Positions 25,562 through 35,989 of a stretch of 64,000 nucleotides of DNA are shown piece by piece. The DNA is from an uncultured Spirochaetota bacterium (lineage in GTDB: Bacteria > Spirochaetota > Spirochaetia > SZUA-6 > Fen-1364): the NCBI GenBank assembly GCA_963734545.1, contig CAVTHO010000005.1:32001-96000 (forward strand), read 5' to 3'. Position 1 is the first letter of the stretch, and each line of letters begins with the position of its first letter. The position numbers were made by a program, and so were the translations under genes. Below the pieces are notes generated by a model. The model ran no database searches, was not told the DNA's origin, and saw nothing but the letters and a program-made list of their open reading frames with translations.

Positions 25562-27559
25562 ATGAGCGATCCCTCGCAGGAAAAACTATTCTCCCGGCTG
25601 AAAAGCCTCATTCTGGGCGGCGCCAAGGACTTCCGGGACCCCCACATCTTCCACAAGCTCACCCTTGTCGCTTTCTTCGCCTGGGTGGGTCTGGGGGCGG
25701 ACGGACTCTCCTCCGCCAACTATGGTCCCGAGGAGTCGTTCCTTTCGCTCGGCGTCCACGGCCACCTGGGCATTTTCGTTGCCATCGCCACCGCCATCAC
25801 GATCTTCGTCATTGCCTCCAGCTACTCGCAGATTGTCGAGCTCTTCCCCTCGGGCGGAGGCGGCTATCTCGTGGCGAGCAAGCTGCTCTCTCCCACCCTC
25901 GGCATGATCTCGGGGTCCGCCCTTCTAATCGATTACGTCCTTACCATCACGATCTCCGTGGCAAGCGGGGCTGACGCCATTTTCAGTTTCCTGCCGCTCG
26001 GCTGGCTGCGGCTCAAGGTCGTATTCGCGGTGGTCGGTGTGCTCGTTCTTATGGTGATGAACCTCAGGGGCGTGAAGGAATCCGTGACGCCCCTCGTCCC
26101 GATCTTCCTTCTTTTCCTCGTCACCCACGCGTTCGCCATCGTATTCGCGCTGGCCACGCACGCGCCCGCCGTGGGTGAGGTTGCGCGCAGCACGGCCGCG
26201 GACGTGCGCGCCGCCACGGCACAGCTCGGAACATTCGGCGTATTCATTCTCGTGATGCGCGCCTACAGCATGGGAGCCGGCACGTATACGGGCATCGAGG
26301 CGGTGAGCAATGGGCTGCCCATCCTCCGAGAGCCCCGTGTGCAGACGGCAAAGAGGACGATGCGCTACATGGCGGCCTCGCTCGCCTTCATGGCAGCGGG
26401 TCTCATGATCGGGTACCTGCTCTTCGATGTGCAGCACGTCACGGGCAAGACCCTGAACGCGGTCCTGATGGAACGCATCACGTCAGGCTGGGGCGGAGGC
26501 GGCACCGCCTTTGTGCTCGTCACCCTGATCTCGGAGGCGGTCCTTCTATTCGTGGCAGCGCAGGCCGGCTTCCTGGACGGTCCGCGGGTCCTGGCAAACA
26601 TGTCCCTGGACAGGTGGCTGCCCAGCCAGTTCAGCCTGCTCAGCGAGCGACTGGTGATCAAGAACGGCATCCTCATCATGGGAGGAGCCGCCATGATCGT
26701 CATGCTTGCCAGCCGGGGGTCGGTCAAGTTCCTGGTCGTGCTCTATGCCATCAATGTGTTCATCACCTTCTGCCTGTCCCAGGCAGGCATGGTCCGGCAT
26801 TGGTGGCAGGAGCGCAAATCGGTCTCCGCGTGGAAGAAAAAGATCCTCATAAACGGCTTCGGGCTTCTTCTCACCAGCTTCATCCTCATCTCGCAGGTCG
26901 TGCTCAAGTTCCAGGAGGGAGGTTGGATCACGCTGCTCGTTACCGGCTCCCTCGCGGCGGTTGCAGTCACGATCAAGCGTTTCTACTACCGGACAGGAAA
27001 ACGGCTCGCCCGGCTGGATCACCTCATGACCGCTGTTGCTGACGCGGAGACCGCGGCGCCGCCGGATTCGAGGCGGAAGCCGGCCCTGAAATTCGATCCG
27101 CGGGGAAAAACCGCGGTCATCCTCGTCTCCGGCTTCAATGGAACGGGCCTGCACACTCTCCTCAGCGTGAAAAGAGTATTCGGGGAAACCTTCCGCAACT
27201 GGTACTTCATGCAGGCCGGTATCATAGACGCGGACAGGTTCAAGGGCGTGGAGGGAATGGAGAAGCTTCGCGCGCACGTGGAAAACGGCCTGGAGCGCTA
27301 CGTGAAGTTCCTTAAATCCGAAGGGCTCTACGCGCAGGGCTACTCGGCCGTGGGCACGGACGTGTCGGACGAAATCTGCGATCTGGCCCGGGCCATCTAC
27401 GAAAAGAACCCGAACGCGGTCTTCTTCGGAGGCCAGATAGTGTTCCCCGAGGACTCCTTCCTCTCCCGGCTGCTCTTCAACCACACGACCTTTGCCGTGC
27501 AGAGACGGCTGCACCAGCTCGGCATTCCCTTCCTCGTCATGCCCGTTCGCGTGCAATAA
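25562..27559 (+). CDS. APC-superfamily permease, KimA-like (probable K+ transporter)
   Basis: ADGLSSANYGPEE, YTGIEAVSNG and LYAINVFITF motifs; about 12 TM helices plus a soluble C-terminal domain. Confidence 0.8.
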   Translation: MSDPSQEKLFSRLKSLILGGAKDFRDPHIFHKLTLVAFFAWVGLGADGLSSANYGPEESFLSLGVHGHLGIFVAIATAITIFVIASSYSQIVELFPSGGGGYLVASKLLSPTLGMISGSALLIDYVLTITISVASGADAIFSFLPLGWLRLKVVFAVVGVLVLMVMNLRGVKESVTPLVPIFLLFLVTHAFAIVFALATHAPAVGEVARSTAADVRAATAQLGTFGVFILVMRAYSMGAGTYTGIEAVSNGLPILREPRVQTAKRTMRYMAASLAFMAAGLMIGYLLFDVQHVTGKTLNAVLMERITSGWGGGGTAFVLVTLISEAVLLFVAAQAGFLDGPRVLANMSLDRWLPSQFSLLSERLVIKNGILIMGGAAMIVMLASRGSVKFLVVLYAINVFITFCLSQAGMVRHWWQERKSVSAWKKKILINGFGLLLTSFILISQVVLKFQEGGWITLLVTGSLAAVAVTIKRFYYRTGKRLARLDHLMTAVADAETAAPPDSRRKPALKFDPRGKTAVILVSGFNGTGLHTLLSVKRVFGETFRNWYFMQAGIIDADRFKGVEGMEKLRAHVENGLERYVKFLKSEGLYAQGYSAVGTDVSDEICDLARAIYEKNPNAVFFGGQIVFPEDSFLSRLLFNHTTFAVQRRLHQLGIPFLVMPVRVQ

Positions 27560-27578
27560 CAGGCCCTGTTGTTCTCAC

Positions 27579-27706
27579 TTGTCCCGTCCGCCACTTCGAC
27601 AGTACATTGAGGTACAGGAGGCGTGTAGACGCCTCCGAAGGTCGCCCCGTATGGGGGACCAGGGGCTTGCCCGTTCGGGAAGCCGCTGATGCCTGAAGGA
27701 GGCACG
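27579..27706 (+). promoter_or_regulatory. hsp20 promoter followed by a four-hairpin 5' leader (candidate RNA thermometer)
   Basis: TTGTCC(27579)-18 nt-TACATT(27603). Hairpins at 27617-27636, 27640-27660, 27664-27684 and 27690-27704; the last overlaps the AAGGAGG SD. Confidence 0.55.
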
Positions 27707-28252
27707 ATGATGACCAACAAGGTGTGGACGTTCGATCTCGGGCGCATCATGGACGAGGCGTTCAAGTTCGCGGAAAGCTTCGGCGAAGCGTTCGACCACG
27801 ATGCCGCGGAAAAGATGCGCCAGGCCGCGGAGCACTTCGGAAGGGGCCCGTTCGGCAACCCCGACTATTACCCCGCCTACATGTACCCGCCTTCCACCAT
27901 TTACCTCACCAAGGAGAAAAAGCTCGTGATGGAGATCGCCCTGGCGGGATTCGAAGAGAAGGACGTGAGCGTCCAGTTCCGGGGGGATCACCTCATCTTC
28001 TCGGCAAAGGCGCCCCAGACGCAGGCGAGCGAAGAAGGGGTCCAGTACTTCAAGCGCAGGCTCAAGCTCAAGGACATCGAAGAGCAGCGCTACTACGTGC
28101 CGGCGGACAAGTTCGATCAGGCGGGGACCCAGGCGAGCTTCCACAACGGCCTCCTGCGGGTGGTCGTGCCGCCGCGCGAGCAGCCTGAAACCGGAGAGGA
28201 GATCCGGATCCGCATCCGGACCGGTGCGGACGCGCCGGAGGGCTCCGCTTAA
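27707..28252 (+). CDS. Small heat-shock protein (Hsp20/alpha-crystallin)
   Basis: YPP..IY...EIALAGFEEKDVSV...ASFHNGLLRVVVP; AAGGAGG RBS. Confidence 0.88.
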   Translation: MMTNKVWTFDLGRIMDEAFKFAESFGEAFDHDAAEKMRQAAEHFGRGPFGNPDYYPAYMYPPSTIYLTKEKKLVMEIALAGFEEKDVSVQFRGDHLIFSAKAPQTQASEEGVQYFKRRLKLKDIEEQRYYVPADKFDQAGTQASFHNGLLRVVVPPREQPETGEEIRIRIRTGADAPEGSA

Positions 28253-28349
28253 ATCTCCGATTGGAGCTTTACACTCCTCCCCGGGGCCGGTATATACTTT
28301 CCCGAGAGCTCGTGAACGAATCGACCGATGGAAGGAGGAACACGACACA

Positions 28350-29610
28350 GTGCGCTGCCGCCTCCCGCGCCTGACACTCGTGATTGCCGCCCTCCTGTCG
28401 GCGGCGCTGCTGCACGCCGTCCCCGCGGAAACCTCAGGTGAAAAGAAGGGGGAGCCCTTCACCCTTGTGGCCCGGTCCGCGATCCTCATCGACCAGGCCA
28501 GCGGGCGCGTGCTCTACCAGCGCAATGCGGACCAGCCCTTCGTGCCCGCCTCCCTGGCCAAGCTCATGTCGCTGCACATCATCTACGAGAAGCTGGCGGA
28601 CCGCTCCATCGAGCCGGACGGACGTCGTGTCCCTCACGGCGCATGCCTGGGCGGACAACCAGGCCCCCGGCTCCACCCTGATGAACCTGGGTCCCGGCCA
28701 GATCGTCACGGTGGAAGAGCTGATGAAAGGAATGGCGGTGGCCTCGGGAAACGACGCGGCCACCGCCCTGGCCGAGTACGTGGCAGGGAGCACGGCGAGC
28801 TTTGTGCGGCTGATGAACGAAGAGGCGAAGTTCCTCGGCTACACGACCACGCGGTTCACGGACCCGGCCGGCGTGCAGGAGGCCAATCGCGTGAGCGCCC
28901 GCGAGTTCGCCGACTTCTGCCGGCGCTATATCGATCAGCATCCCGAGGCGCTGCCCGAGCTGCACTCCCTGCGCGAGTTCGAGTATCCCCTTGCCCAGAA
29001 CCTGCCCGACCGCCGGCGCACCGCGCTCGTCACCAAGAAGCAGTACAACGGGAACTACCTCGTCTGGGATGATTTCGGCGTGGACGGGCTGAAGACGGGG
29101 CACCTGGACGACGAAAACTTCACGGCAGCCATCACCGCCCGCCGGGGTGACATGCGCCTCATCGTGGTCCTGCTCGGCGTGCCGGGCCACACGCTGAACG
29201 AGGGTGCGCGCAACCGCTCGGCAGACGGCATGGCCCTTCTCTCCTACGGGTTCAAGAACTTCACCACCGTCGAGCTGGATGCGCCACCCCTGACACCGGT
29301 GCGCGTGTGGAAGGGAGATACGCGGGGGGTGAGCATGGCGCCGTCGGGAGTCGTGCGCATCACCGCCCGAAAAAGCGAGCTGGAGTCCCTCGAGTACAGG
29401 GTCGTGCTCTCCGCGCCCGTCGTGGCGCCGATAGTGAAAGGCCAGGAAATCGGCGCATTGGTCTATTCGTCGGGGACCGAAGAGGTGGGCCGGATTCCCC
29501 TCCTGGCCACGGCTGATGTAGAGGCGGCGGGGCTCCTTCGCCGGATGTGGGATTCTGTCGTGCTCGGTGTCTCCTCCATAGTAGGCGGCGCCGCGGCGGC
29601 TTTGAGATAG
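28350..29610 (+). CDS. D-alanyl-D-alanine carboxypeptidase (peptidase S11, PBP5-like); 1-nt insertion near 28611
   Basis: Signal peptide; PASLAKLM (SxxK), SGND (SxN) and GLKTG motifs split across two frames; PBP5_C domain. Confidence 0.88.
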
Positions 29611-29663
29611 CCGGGGACGATACCTGACGCGTCCCTCGGCATGACTTTGAAGGGAGGACCGCG

Positions 29664-30290
29664 ATGAATGCTGAACCCAAGTTTCCCGTGACCCTGCAGA
29701 TCGACTACCCGGACAGGGAGCTGAACCGGCTCACCACCTTCTTCAGGTGCATCATGCTGATACCGCCCGCCGTCATTCTCGGGCTGCTCCTGGGGCCCGG
29801 AGCAGGGTGGGGCAGCGGCACGGGAAGGGCCTTCTTCGGCACCGGCGCGATTCTTTTCCTGCCTGCTCTCCTCATGATTCTTTTCCGGCGCAAGTATCCG
29901 AGATGGTGGTTCGACTGGAACGTGAACATCACGAAGTTTTCCGCGCGGGTATGTGCTTACGCGGCGCTGCTGACCGACGAGTTTCCTTCCACGGAGAGGG
30001 AGCAGTCGGTGCACATCGTCATCCCCTTCCCGGACGTGAAAAAGGACCTGCTTCCCGGCATGCCGCTGGTGAAGTGGTTCCTGGCCATCCCCCATTGGTT
30101 CATCCTGTTTTTCCTGGGAATCGCGGCGGGGTTCTGCGTGTTCATCTCCTGGTTCGCGATCCTGTTCACCGGCCGCTTCCCCAGGTCATTCTTCGATTTC
30201 GTGGTGGGTGTGGCCCGCTGGGGCCTTCGGGTGAGCGCGTACGCCGTGCTGCTCGTGACGGACGTCTATCCGCCGTTCTCGCTCAGATAG
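29664..30290 (+). CDS. DUF4389 membrane protein (duplicated domain)
   Basis: Two ILFxxxxPRxxFDxxV...RVxAY..LxTD.xP repeats. Confidence 0.82.
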   Translation: MNAEPKFPVTLQIDYPDRELNRLTTFFRCIMLIPPAVILGLLLGPGAGWGSGTGRAFFGTGAILFLPALLMILFRRKYPRWWFDWNVNITKFSARVCAYAALLTDEFPSTEREQSVHIVIPFPDVKKDLLPGMPLVKWFLAIPHWFILFFLGIAAGFCVFISWFAILFTGRFPRSFFDFVVGVARWGLRVSAYAVLLVTDVYPPFSLR

Positions 30291-30684
30291 GCGCGCTCTC
30301 GCCCTTTCCGCAGTTGCAGCTCCCCCCTTCGCAGCCGCACGGCTCGGAGGAGGTGGCGCATTGGCCGCCGCAATTGCATTCGGTCTGCGGTGCGGGATTG
30401 GGGTTTTCGATGCTGAAGCCGCTGTTCTCCGGCTCGTCCACCCAGGTGACCAGGGACCCGTCCATGTACGACAGGCTCTGCGGGTCGATGACGACCCTGA
30501 TCCCGTTTGATTCGAATATCTGATCGCCCTCTTCGGGCTCCTTGTCGTCGATGCCCATGCCGTAGCGGAAGCCGGAGCACCCCATTCCCGCTACCCATAC
30601 CCTCAGGGTCGCCCCCGCTTTCCCCTGCTCGGTAAGGAGCGTGGTGAGCTGTCCTGCGGCCTTGTCCGAAAGCAAAATCGCCAT
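30283..30684 (-). CDS. IscA/ErpA (HesB) family Fe-S carrier with a Cys-rich C-terminal extension
   Basis: GMGCSGFRYGM, VIDPQS and GFSIENPN, followed by CNC..C..CGC..CNC. Confidence 0.88.
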   Translation of the reverse strand: MAILLSDKAAGQLTTLLTEQGKAGATLRVWVAGMGCSGFRYGMGIDDKEPEEGDQIFESNGIRVVIDPQSLSYMDGSLVTWVDEPENSGFSIENPNPAPQTECNCGGQCATSSEPCGCEGGSCNCGKGESAPI

Positions 30685-30792
30685 ATATAGAGATATAGAA
30701 ATAAAACGCTTTGAAGTCAAGGCGGCCGGACCGGTCCCCGCAACGTTTCGCCCTTGACCAACGGGAGGGCGCCCCGCATCATCCCCCCTAAC

Positions 30793-32598
30793 GTGAAAAA
30801 GTCGCAGAAATGGTCCGATGTCGCGCGCTGGCTGGGATACGTGAGACGCAGCCCGCGGGAGCTCGTCGCGGCATTTCTCTGTCTTGCCGTGGTGATGGTC
30901 GCGGACGTGGTGACACCGAAAATCTTCGGCTCAATCATCGACTCGGTCATCTCGCCCCCGGCCCTCTCCGCGGGAGCAGTCAGGCTCCCCGTTCTCGGCC
31001 TCCTTCCCGTGACCACCGCTCTTCTCTGCATCCTCGGCTTCCTTCTCTCGATCATCGCGCTTCGCGGATGCGCGCAGTTCGGCACGAGCGCAATTCTCGG
31101 GGAGATCGGTGAGCACGTGCACCTCGACATCCGTCAGGAGCTCTTCGATCATCTCCAGAAGCTGCCGCTCTCCTGGTACGATGTTTCCTACACCGGCAAG
31201 ATCATGGCGCGTCTCACCACCGACACCGACGCGCTCTGGGCCCTGCTCTCCAACGGCGTACGGAGCGTCATCGGCCCCGCGCTCACCATTGTCCTGGTCG
31301 TGATCATCCTCTTCACGATTTCGGTCCCGCTCACGCTGGTCGCCCTCGTGACGGCGCCCCTCTCGGGTCTTCTGTATCGCACGGCGCGCCGGCAGGTGAC
31401 GGAAGCGACCCGGCTCCAGCGTGAAACCCTCTCTTCCCTCTACGCGCGGCTGCAGGAAAGAATTTCCGGAGTGCGGACGATCAGGATCTTCGCCCGGGAG
31501 AAGGAGGAGAGCCGGCTCTTCGGAGCGGATATCCGCGCCCTCTACGCCAAGAACGTCACGCTCATCAGGAGCTGGTCGCGCTTCGGGATGCGCGCCTGGT
31601 GGATCACGGCGGCGGCGAATGCCTGCATCCTCTGCATCGGCGGAATCGTCGTGGCGCGCGGCGGCTTCACCATCGGCAGTCTCGTCTCCTTCAGCCTGTA
31701 CGCCGGCATGCTCTTCGGTCCCCTTGGACAGCTCGTGGACAGCTACGCCCAGCTCATGACGAACGGCGAGGTGGCGATGCGCCGCATCTTCGAAGTGCTG
31801 GACGAGCCGATCGCGCGGGAAGTCAGCTCGGGAATCGAGCCCTGCCCGCAGCTGCGAGGCGGCATCCGGCTCGAGTCGGTGTCCTTCTCCTATGTGCCGG
31901 AAAGCCCGGTCCTCCGCGACGTGAGCATCGAGATACGACCCGGGGAGCGGGCCGCCATCGTCGGCCCCTCGGGCGGGGGAAAGTCGACCCTGGTCAATCT
32001 CATATGCCGATTCTATTCCCTGGGCAGCGGCCGCATCCTGGTGGACGGCGCCGACATCACCCGCTGGGACGTGAAGAGCTGGAGACGACGCATCAGCTAC
32101 GTTGCGCAGGACAGCTTCATCTTTTCCGGGACCATCCGGGACAACATACGGTTCGGAAAGCCCGAGGCATCGGACGATGAGGTCGAGCGCGCGGCCGCGC
32201 TTGCAAACGCGCTGGACACCATCAGGGCGATGCCGCGGGGGTTCGACACTGTCGCGGGTGAGCGGGGCATCACCCTTTCGGGAGGACAGCGCCAGCGCAT
32301 CGCCATCGCGCGCGCCCTGGTCCTGGACCCGAGCATCATCATCATGGACGAGCCGACCAGCGCGCTGGACGCCGAGAGCGAATCAATCCTCCTGGAAGCC
32401 CTCGACTCGGTATTCAAGGGCCGTACCTGCATCGTCATCGCGCATCGTCTCTCGACCGTCGTCAACTCGGACACGATATTCGTGCTCTCCGAGGGAAGGA
32501 TCGTGCAGCAGGGCAGGCACGCGGAGCTCCTTGCCGCACCGGGGATCTACCACGAGCTGTGCACCCGGCAGTTCCTCCTGGGCGGCACCCGGGTCTAG
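30793..32598 (+). CDS. ABC exporter, fused TMD and NBD (MsbA/Sav1866-like)
   Basis: GPSGGGKST, LSGGQRQR, DEPTSALD and IAHRLST motifs; start uncertain (30754 or 30793). Confidence 0.9.
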   Translation: MKKSQKWSDVARWLGYVRRSPRELVAAFLCLAVVMVADVVTPKIFGSIIDSVISPPALSAGAVRLPVLGLLPVTTALLCILGFLLSIIALRGCAQFGTSAILGEIGEHVHLDIRQELFDHLQKLPLSWYDVSYTGKIMARLTTDTDALWALLSNGVRSVIGPALTIVLVVIILFTISVPLTLVALVTAPLSGLLYRTARRQVTEATRLQRETLSSLYARLQERISGVRTIRIFAREKEESRLFGADIRALYAKNVTLIRSWSRFGMRAWWITAAANACILCIGGIVVARGGFTIGSLVSFSLYAGMLFGPLGQLVDSYAQLMTNGEVAMRRIFEVLDEPIAREVSSGIEPCPQLRGGIRLESVSFSYVPESPVLRDVSIEIRPGERAAIVGPSGGGKSTLVNLICRFYSLGSGRILVDGADITRWDVKSWRRRISYVAQDSFIFSGTIRDNIRFGKPEASDDEVERAAALANALDTIRAMPRGFDTVAGERGITLSGGQRQRIAIARALVLDPSIIIMDEPTSALDAESESILLEALDSVFKGRTCIVIAHRLSTVVNSDTIFVLSEGRIVQQGRHAELLAAPGIYHELCTRQFLLGGTRV

Positions 32599-32702
32599 CG
32601 CATCAGGTGCAGGGGCTCCCGGCGCGCACGCGCGCCTGCCGCCCTGCGGATGCACGAAGGCGTCCTTGTTCCACGGCGGCCCGTTCTGCTACACTCCGCG
32701 CC

Positions 32703-33795
32703 ATGAACGCCATCGACGGGGCTCTCGGCTTCGTCCGCCCGGCCGTGCGCGGGATGGACGGCTACGTGCCCGGGCTCCAGCCCGGGCCGACAGAGCGGAT
32801 CGTGAAGCTCAACACGAACGAAAACCCCTATCCCCCTTCCCTCCGGGTGCTCGAGGCCATGCGGAAAGCATCGAATGAATCGGTGCGGCTCTATCCGAGC
32901 CCCGATGCGGCGCCCCTCCGGGAGCGCGCCGCGGCCACGTATCGGCTGCGCCCCGACCAGGTCCTCTGCGGCAACGGCTCCGACGAGATCCTCGCCCTGC
33001 TCATGCGCGCATTCGTGGATACCGGCGACACGATCGCCTACTTTCAACCCTCCTATTCCCTGTATCCGGTGCTCGCTGCAATTGCGGAGGCGCGCACGGC
33101 GGAATTTCTCCTGCCGCGTGTGGCGCGCGGGGAAGAGATGGCCGCGGTCCCGATGCCCGCCGCCAGGGCAAAAGTGTTTTTTCTCACGACACCGAACTCT
33201 CCTTACGGGGTGGTATTTCCTCCTTCCTGGATCGCGCGCCTGCTCGGCGATTTTCCGGGCATCGTGGTTGCGGACGAGGCCTACGTGGATTTTGCGGACG
33301 AATCCAGCCTTTCCCTGCTCGCCGACAACCCGCGGCTGGTGATCGTGCGGACCCTGTCCAAGGCCTACTCCCTGGCGGGCATGCGCGCCGGTCTCGCCTT
33401 CGCGCACGCGCTCCTGATCCGGGAAATGATGAAGGTGAAGGACAGCTACAATGTCGAGCCGGCTCGCCCAGGTTGCCGCGTGCGAAGCACTGGCCGACGA
33501 GCAGTACTTCAGGAAGACGCGCGACATGATCCTGGCCACACGCGCGCGGTTTTCGGGCCTCCTCGGCGGCATGGGCTTCACGGTGCTTCCCTCGGCGGCG
33601 AACTTCGTTTTCGCCGTTCCCCCGGCAGGCCTGGCGGCCCGGTCGCTGTTCGAGAGACTTCTCGCGCGCGGCTTCCTCGTGCGCCACCTGCGCGCGCCCG
33701 CCGTCGCGGACGGGCTTCGCATAAGCATCGGCACGGACGCGGAAATGGATGCCCTTGCCGATGCCATGAAGGAGGAAACCAGTGGCCATCAGTAG
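32703..33795 (+). CDS. hisC: Histidinol-phosphate aminotransferase; 1-nt insertion near 33455
   Basis: KLNTNENPYPPS, GNGSDE, DEAYVDF and RTLSKAYSLAGMR, then PSAANF and RISIGT in the next frame. Confidence 0.9.
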
Positions 33796-34966
33796 CAGGA
33801 TCCGCGGCAGCATCGAGAGCTCCTCCTGGATACGGAAGATGTTCGAGACAGGCAACGTGCTGCGGGCCGCGCACGGGGCGGACAAGGTGTGCGACTTCAG
33901 CCTGGGAAACCCGGACGTCGAGCCTCCGCCCGCTTTCCAGCGCGCGCTGGAAGAGGTCGTGTCCGCTTCCGTCACGCGCAAACACGGCTACATGCCCAAT
34001 GCCGGCTACCCCGAGTCGCGCGCGGCCGTGGCGGAACAAGTGGCGCGGGAGCAGGGCGTTGCCGTCACGGCAGACCATGTGGTCATGTCGTGCGGGGCAA
34101 GCGGCGCGATGAACTGCGTGCTGAAGACCATCCTGGATCCCGGCGACGAGGTGATCGCCAGCGTCCCCTGCTTCATGGAGTACGTCTCGTACGTCGACAA
34201 CCACGGGGGAAAGCTGGTGCTGGCTCCCAGCCGGCCCGACTTCGACCTCGATGTCGACGCCATCGAAGCCCTGATCGGCGCGCGCACCGCGGCGCTCATC
34301 ATCAACTCGCCGAACAATCCCACCGGCCGGATCTACCCGGAAGCCACGCTGCGGCGGCTCGCCGATATGCTCCTCCGGGCGGGAAAGAGCACGGGCCGGA
34401 CCATCTATCTTCTCAGCGACGAGCCGTATCGCAAGATCGTATACGGGGGAGCAGCTGTTCCTGCCGTCATGCGGCTCTACCCGCACTCCCTCGTCGTTGC
34501 CTCGTACTCGAAGGACCTGTCGCTGCCCGGCGAGCGGATCGGTTTTGCCGCGGTGAGCCCGGCTGCCGATGATGCGAAGAGGCTGGTGGACGGGGTTATC
34601 CTGTGCACGAGGATCCTGGGCTACGTGAACGCCCCCGGCCTGATGCAGCGTGTCATTTCCCGGATCCAGGGCGTGTCGGTGGACGTGGAGATCTATCGGC
34701 GCAAGCGCGACCTCTTCTGCGCGGCCCTTTCTTCCATTGGATATCAGACTACCGTGCCCGAAGGGGCCTTCTATATATTCCCGCGCGCGCCGGGAGGGGA
34801 CGATCTCGCATTCGTCCAGGAGCTGCAGAAGGAGCTCGTGCTCGTCGTACCGGGGCGCGGCTTCAGCCTGCCGGGCTATTTCCGCATTGCGTATTGCGTG
34901 GACACTCCGGTGATCGAGCGTTCCTTCGCAGGTTTTGAGCGCGTCTTCAAGAGGTTGGGCGGATGA
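33782..34966 (+). CDS. Class I PLP-dependent aminotransferase (aspartate aminotransferase-like)
   Basis: FSLGNP, INSPNNPTG, SDEPY and SYSKDLSLPGERIG motifs. Confidence 0.9.
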   Translation: MAISSRIRGSIESSSWIRKMFETGNVLRAAHGADKVCDFSLGNPDVEPPPAFQRALEEVVSASVTRKHGYMPNAGYPESRAAVAEQVAREQGVAVTADHVVMSCGASGAMNCVLKTILDPGDEVIASVPCFMEYVSYVDNHGGKLVLAPSRPDFDLDVDAIEALIGARTAALIINSPNNPTGRIYPEATLRRLADMLLRAGKSTGRTIYLLSDEPYRKIVYGGAAVPAVMRLYPHSLVVASYSKDLSLPGERIGFAAVSPAADDAKRLVDGVILCTRILGYVNAPGLMQRVISRIQGVSVDVEIYRRKRDLFCAALSSIGYQTTVPEGAFYIFPRAPGGDDLAFVQELQKELVLVVPGRGFSLPGYFRIAYCVDTPVIERSFAGFERVFKRLGG

Positions 34967-35946
34967 GAAGCATCAGAACAAGCGCCGGGCTGCTTTCCCT
35001 GTTCACGCTTGCCGCGCTCCTGGCGGCCCCCGTCTTTGCCCAGGCCGCAGAGACCGCCGCGCCCGGGCCGAGCTTCAATGCCGGCGGCAGCGATCTTGTT
35101 CCCGCGGAACCCCGCGCCATGAGCGTGCCGCAGGCGGTGATTCTCGGCATCGTAGAAGGGGTCACCGAATACCTTCCGGTCAGCTCCACGGGACACCTGA
35201 CCGTGGTGCAGGATCTCCTGGGGCTTTGGGCCACCCCGGAGGAAAAAAGCGCCTCCGATGCTTACGCCATCTGCATCCAGGCAGGCGCCATCCTCGCGGT
35301 GCTCCTGATCTACAGGCGCAGGATCACGGGGATGGCGCGCGGCATCATCGGCAGGGACCCGGGCGGGCTTCGCCTGCTCGGCAGCCTGGTCGTGGCCTTC
35401 ATTCCCGCCGCCTTTTTCGGTCTCTTCCTCGAAGGGCGCATCAAACACTACCTGTACGGGATCTGGCCTGTTGCCGGCGCATGGCTCGTGGGGGGTATCT
35501 TCATCCTGGCCGTGCTCGCCCGACAGGGCACGCGGGAGGGCAGGACGCTGGAGGGGCTCACCTGGCGGATGGCGCTTCTCGTGGGGCTTGCCCAGGTCAT
35601 CGCCCTCTGGCCGGGTGTCAGCAGGAGCCTCGCCACGATCGCCGCCGGTCTGTTCGTCGGTCTCACGCTGTCCGCGGCCGTGGAGTTCAGCTTCCTGCTG
35701 GGCCTGCTCACACTGGGCGCGGCCACGCTCTACGAGGGGTTCAAGCTCGGGCCCGAGATCGTGCGCACATTCGGATGGGTTGCGCCCGTGACCGGCCTGG
35801 TGGTGGCGGCAATTGCCGCATTCCTGGCAGTGAGATGGATGGTGGAGTACCTGCGCACGCGCAGCCTCGCGGTCTTCGGCTGGTACCGGATCGGCATTGC
35901 GCTCCTGGTCGGCGTGCTGGTGCTGACAGGGATTCTCAAGCCCTGA
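34963..35946 (+). CDS. uppP: Undecaprenyl-diphosphate phosphatase with a signal-peptide-like N-terminal extension
   Basis: GIVEGVTEYLPVSSTGH, IQAGAILAV, PGVSRS and EFSFLL motifs. Confidence 0.92.
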   Translation: MRSIRTSAGLLSLFTLAALLAAPVFAQAAETAAPGPSFNAGGSDLVPAEPRAMSVPQAVILGIVEGVTEYLPVSSTGHLTVVQDLLGLWATPEEKSASDAYAICIQAGAILAVLLIYRRRITGMARGIIGRDPGGLRLLGSLVVAFIPAAFFGLFLEGRIKHYLYGIWPVAGAWLVGGIFILAVLARQGTREGRTLEGLTWRMALLVGLAQVIALWPGVSRSLATIAAGLFVGLTLSAAVEFSFLLGLLTLGAATLYEGFKLGPEIVRTFGWVAPVTGLVVAAIAAFLAVRWMVEYLRTRSLAVFGWYRIGIALLVGVLVLTGILKP

Positions 35947-35989
35947 GCGCGGACCTCCGCGGCCTTCCCGTCGACGTGCCGGCCAGGAC

